DNA from: Eledone cirrhosa
Lineage: Eukaryota
Direction of reading: 5' to 3'
DNA: 64,000 nt
NCBI GenBank assembly: GCA_964016885.1
Contig: OZ024740.1
Span: forward strand, 262,942,001 to 263,006,000
Positions 60,307 to 64,000 of this stretch are shown here, piece by piece. Both the position numbers and the translations under genes were made by a program. The notes beneath the pieces are model-generated. The model was not told the origin of the DNA. It saw only the letters and a list, made by a program, of their open reading frames with translations, and searched no databases. Within the stretch, counting starts at the first letter, position 1. Every line of letters begins with the position of its first letter.

Positions 60307-63300
60307 CACCAGTAACAATACCAGTAACAACATCAGTAACAACACCAGTAACAACACCAGTAACAACATCAGTAACAACATCAGTAACTAACACCAGAAA
60401 CAACAACGGTAACAACATCAGTAACAACATCAGTAACAACATCAGTAACAACATCAGTAACAACAGTAACGACACCAGTAACAACACCAGTCACAACAAC
60501 AGTAACGACACCAGTAACAACATCACTAACAACAACCGTAACGACACTAGTAACAACACCAGTAACAACAACAGTAACAACATCAGTAACAACATCAGTA
60601 ACAACAACAGTAACGACACCAGTAACAACATCGGTAACAACACCAGTAACAACACCAGTAACAACAACAGTAACAACACCAGTAACAACAACAGTAACAA
60701 CAACAGTAACAACCACAGTAACAACATCAGTAACAACATCAGTAACAACACCAGTAACGACACCAGTAACAATACCAGTAACAACATCAGTAACAACAAC
60801 AGTAACAACATCATACACAACACCAGTAACAACAGCAGTAACAACAACAGTAACAACACCAGTAACAACACCCGTAACAACACCAGTAACAACAACAGTA
60901 ACACCAACAGTAACAATATCAGTAACAACATCAGTAACAGCACCAGTAACAACACCAGTAACAATACCAGTAACAACATCAGTAACAACACCAGTAACAA
61001 CATCAGTAACAACATCAGTAACAACAACAGTAACAACATCAGTAACAACAACAGTAACAACAACAGTAACAACATCAGTAACAACATCAGTAACAACACC
61101 AGTAACAACACCAGTAACAATACCAGTAACAACATCAGTAACAACACCAGTAACAACATCAGTAATAACATCAGTAACAACAACAGTAACAACAACAGTA
61201 ACAAAACCAGTAACAAATAACAGTAACAACACCAGTAACACCATCAGTAACAACATCAGTAACAACATAAGTAACAACATCAGTAACAACACCAGTAACA
61301 ACACCAGTAACAACAACAGTAACAACACCAGTAACAGCAACAGTAACAACAACACTAACAACAACAGTAACAACATCAGTAACAACATCAGTAACAACAT
61401 CAGTAACAACATCAGTAACAACATCAGTAACAACAACAGTAACAACACCAGTAACAACAACAGTAACAACACCAGTAACAACAACAGTAACAACAACACT
61501 AACAACAACAGTAACAACAACACTAACAACAACTGTAACAACACCAGTAACAACATCAGTAACAACATCAGTAACAACATCAGTAACAACATAAGTAACA
61601 ACATCAGTAACAACACCAGTAACAACACCAGTAACAACAACAGTAACAACACCAGTAACAACAACAGTAACAACAACACTAACAACAACAGTAACAACAC
61701 CAGTAACAACATCAGTAACAACATCAGTAACAACATCAGTTTACAACATCAGTAACAACATTAGTAACAACAACAGTAACAACAGTAACAACACCAGTAA
61801 CAACAATAGTAACATCAACAGTAACAACAACAGTAACAACACCAGTAATAACAACAGTAACAACTACAGTAACAAAATCAGTAACACCAGTAACAACAAC
61901 AGTAACAACAACAGTAGCAACATCAGTAACACCAGTAACAACACCAGTAACATCAACAATAACAACACCAGTAACAACACCAGTAACAAGATCAGTAACA
62001 TCAACAGTAACAACAACAGTAACAACACCAGTAATAACAACAGTAACAACTACAGTAACAAAATCAGTAACACCAGTAACAACAACAGTAACAACAACAG
62101 TAGCAACATCAGTAACACCAGTAACAACACCAGTAACATCAACAATAACAACACCAGTAACAACACCAGTAACAAGATCAGTAACAACAACAGTAACAAC
62201 AACATTAACAACAACAGTAACAACATCAGTAACAACATCAGTAACAACATCAGTAACAACAACAGTAACAGCATCAGTAACAACAACAGTAACAACAACA
62301 TTAACAACAACAGTAACAACATCAGTAACAACTTCAGTAACAACATCATTAACAACAACAGTAACAACAGCAGTAACAACACCAGTAACAACACCAGTAA
62401 CAACAACAGTAACAACAACTGTAACAACATCAGTAACAACCTCAGTAACAACACCAGTAACAACACCAGTAACAATACCAGTAACAAGAACAGTAACAAC
62501 ACCAGTAACAACATCAGTAACAACATCAGTAACAACATCAGTAACAACACCAGTAACAACATCAGTAACAACACCAGTAACAACACCAGTAACAACACCA
62601 GTAACAACACCAGTAACAACAACAGTAACAACAACAGTAACAACAACAGTAACAACATCAGTAACAACCTCAGTAACAACACCAGTAACAACACCAGTAA
62701 CAATACCAGTAACAACATCAGTAACAACACCAGTAACAACATCAGTAACAACATCAGTAACAACATAAGTAACTAACACCAGTAACAAGATCAGTAACAA
62801 CATCAGTAACAACATCAGTAACTAACACCAGTAACAATACCAGTAACAACATCAGTAACAACACCAGTAACAACACCAGTAACAACATCAGTAACATCAG
62901 TAACTAACACCAGAAACAACAACAGTAACAACATCAGTAACAACATCAGTAACAACATCAGTAACAACACCAGTAACAACATCGGTAACAACACCAGTAA
63001 CAACACCAGTAACAACAACAGTAACAACAACAGTAACAACAACAGTAACAACATCTGTAACAACATCAGTAACACCACCAGTAACAACACCAGTAACAAT
63101 ACCAGTAACAACATCAGTAACAACAACAGTAACAACATCGGTAACAACACCAGTAACAACAGCAGTAACACAACAGTAACAACACCAGTAACAACACCCG
63201 TAACAACAGCAGTAACAACAACAGTAACACCAACAGTAACAACATCAGTAACAACATCAGTAACAGCACCAGTAACAACACCAGTAACAATACCAGTAAC

Positions 63301-64000
63301 AACATCAGTAACAACACCAGTAACAACATCAGTATCAACATCAGTAACAACAACAGTAACAACATCAGTAACAACAACAGTAACAACAACAGTAACAACA
63401 TCAGTAACAACATCAGTAACAACACCAGTAACAACACCAGTAACAATACCAGTAACAACATCAGTAACAACACCAGTAACAACATCAGTAACAACATCAG
63501 TAACAACAACAGTAACAACAACAGTAACAAAACCAGTAACAAATAACAGTAACAACACCAGTAACAACATTAGTAACAACATCAGTAACAACATAAGTAA
63601 CAACATCAGTAACAACACCAGTAACAACACCAGTAACAACAACAGTAACAACACCAGTAACAACAACAGTAACAACAACACTAACAACAACAGTAACAAC
63701 ATCAGTAACAACATCAGTAACAACATCAGTAACAACAACAGTAACAACACCAGTAACAACAACAGTAACAACACCAGTAACAACACCAGTAACAACATCA
63801 GTAACAACATCAGTAACAACATAAGTAACAACATCAGTAACAACACCAGTAACAACACCAGTAACAACAACAGTAACAACACCAGTAACAACAACAGTAA
63901 CAACAACACTAACAACAACAGTAACAACACCAGTAACAACATCAGTAACAACATCAGTAACAACATCAGTTTACAACATCAGTAACAACATTAGTAACAA

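Larger units (their letters stand above)
1..64000. repeat. Satellite/minisatellite array of the 12-bp monomer GTAACAACA[A/C/T]CA, running off both window ends
   Basis: Every line consists of GTAACAACAACA / GTAACAACACCA / GTAACAACATCA with sporadic substitutions and occasional 9-, 11-, 13- or 15-bp monomers. There is no strand switch and no non-repeat insertion. Confidence 0.99.
40196..64000. repeat. Right domain: longer, more diverged units
   Basis: The GTTTAC marker sits at 40196, 43548, 46007, 52304, 54537, 61739 and 63969 (spacings 3352, 2459, 6297, 2233, 7202, 2230). ACACAAGT is frequent, and CACCCGTA, AATGACAGT and ACCCCATTA are seen only here. Confidence 0.8.

Noticed and set aside
500-63966. 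Minus-strand poly-Leu and VVT[D/G/V] ORFs up to 1920 aa as membrane proteins
   Set aside because: They are direct translations of the 12-bp repeat, which lacks stops in these frames. Starts come from the repeat's ATG/TTG/GTG, and ends coincide with indel or point-variant monomers.
1-64000. CRISPR array or other repeat-spacer system
   Set aside because: There are no unique spacers (the variable part is one base), no palindromic repeat, no leader and no cas genes.
1-64000. Direct telomerase or reverse-transcriptase (rolling-circle/DRT-type) product
   Set aside because: Templated addition would not reproduce multi-kb variant patterns at exact offsets. There are no G-tracts, and no RT gene or template locus is in view.
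1-64000. Pure sequencing/assembly artefact or synthetic ternary-coded DNA
   Set aside because: Nested duplications with shared and private variants and a stepwise mutation series look evolved. Exact copy numbers still need read support.
1-64000. tRNA, rRNA, structured ncRNA, terminators, transposon ends
   Set aside because: The sequence has almost no self-complementarity and no non-repeat segment, inverted repeat or target-site duplication.

Overview
The whole 64 kb window is one uninterrupted, single-orientation tandem array of a 12-bp monomer, GTAACAACA[A/C/T]CA (about 5,300 copies, from 64000/12), which looks like an elaborated (ACA)n triplet. I see no unique sequence, credible gene, RNA gene, transposon or CRISPR array. 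All listed ORFs (poly-Leu, VVT[D/G/V], NN[N/T/I]S, VTT[T/S/P]) are translations of the repeat. The informative structure lies in the variant monomers. One position is three-state, and rare 9/11/13/15-bp and substituted monomers act as landmarks. They reveal: a left domain (1-14.37 kb) of kb-scale duplications; a central domain of ~2-kb higher-order repeats (HORs) with a homogeneous alternating 2174/2018-bp core (19.4-35.1 kb); and a right domain of longer, more diverged units with 2459-bp and 9435-bp duplications. Diagnostic variants are nested symmetrically around the core, as expected from layered expansion of a eukaryotic satellite. Whether the array is centromeric, subtelomeric, intronic or derived from a mucin-like VNTR cannot be decided from this window, and the organism cannot be identified. 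Offsets come from the ORF-track coordinates and hand-located motifs; block edges are approximate to a few monomers.
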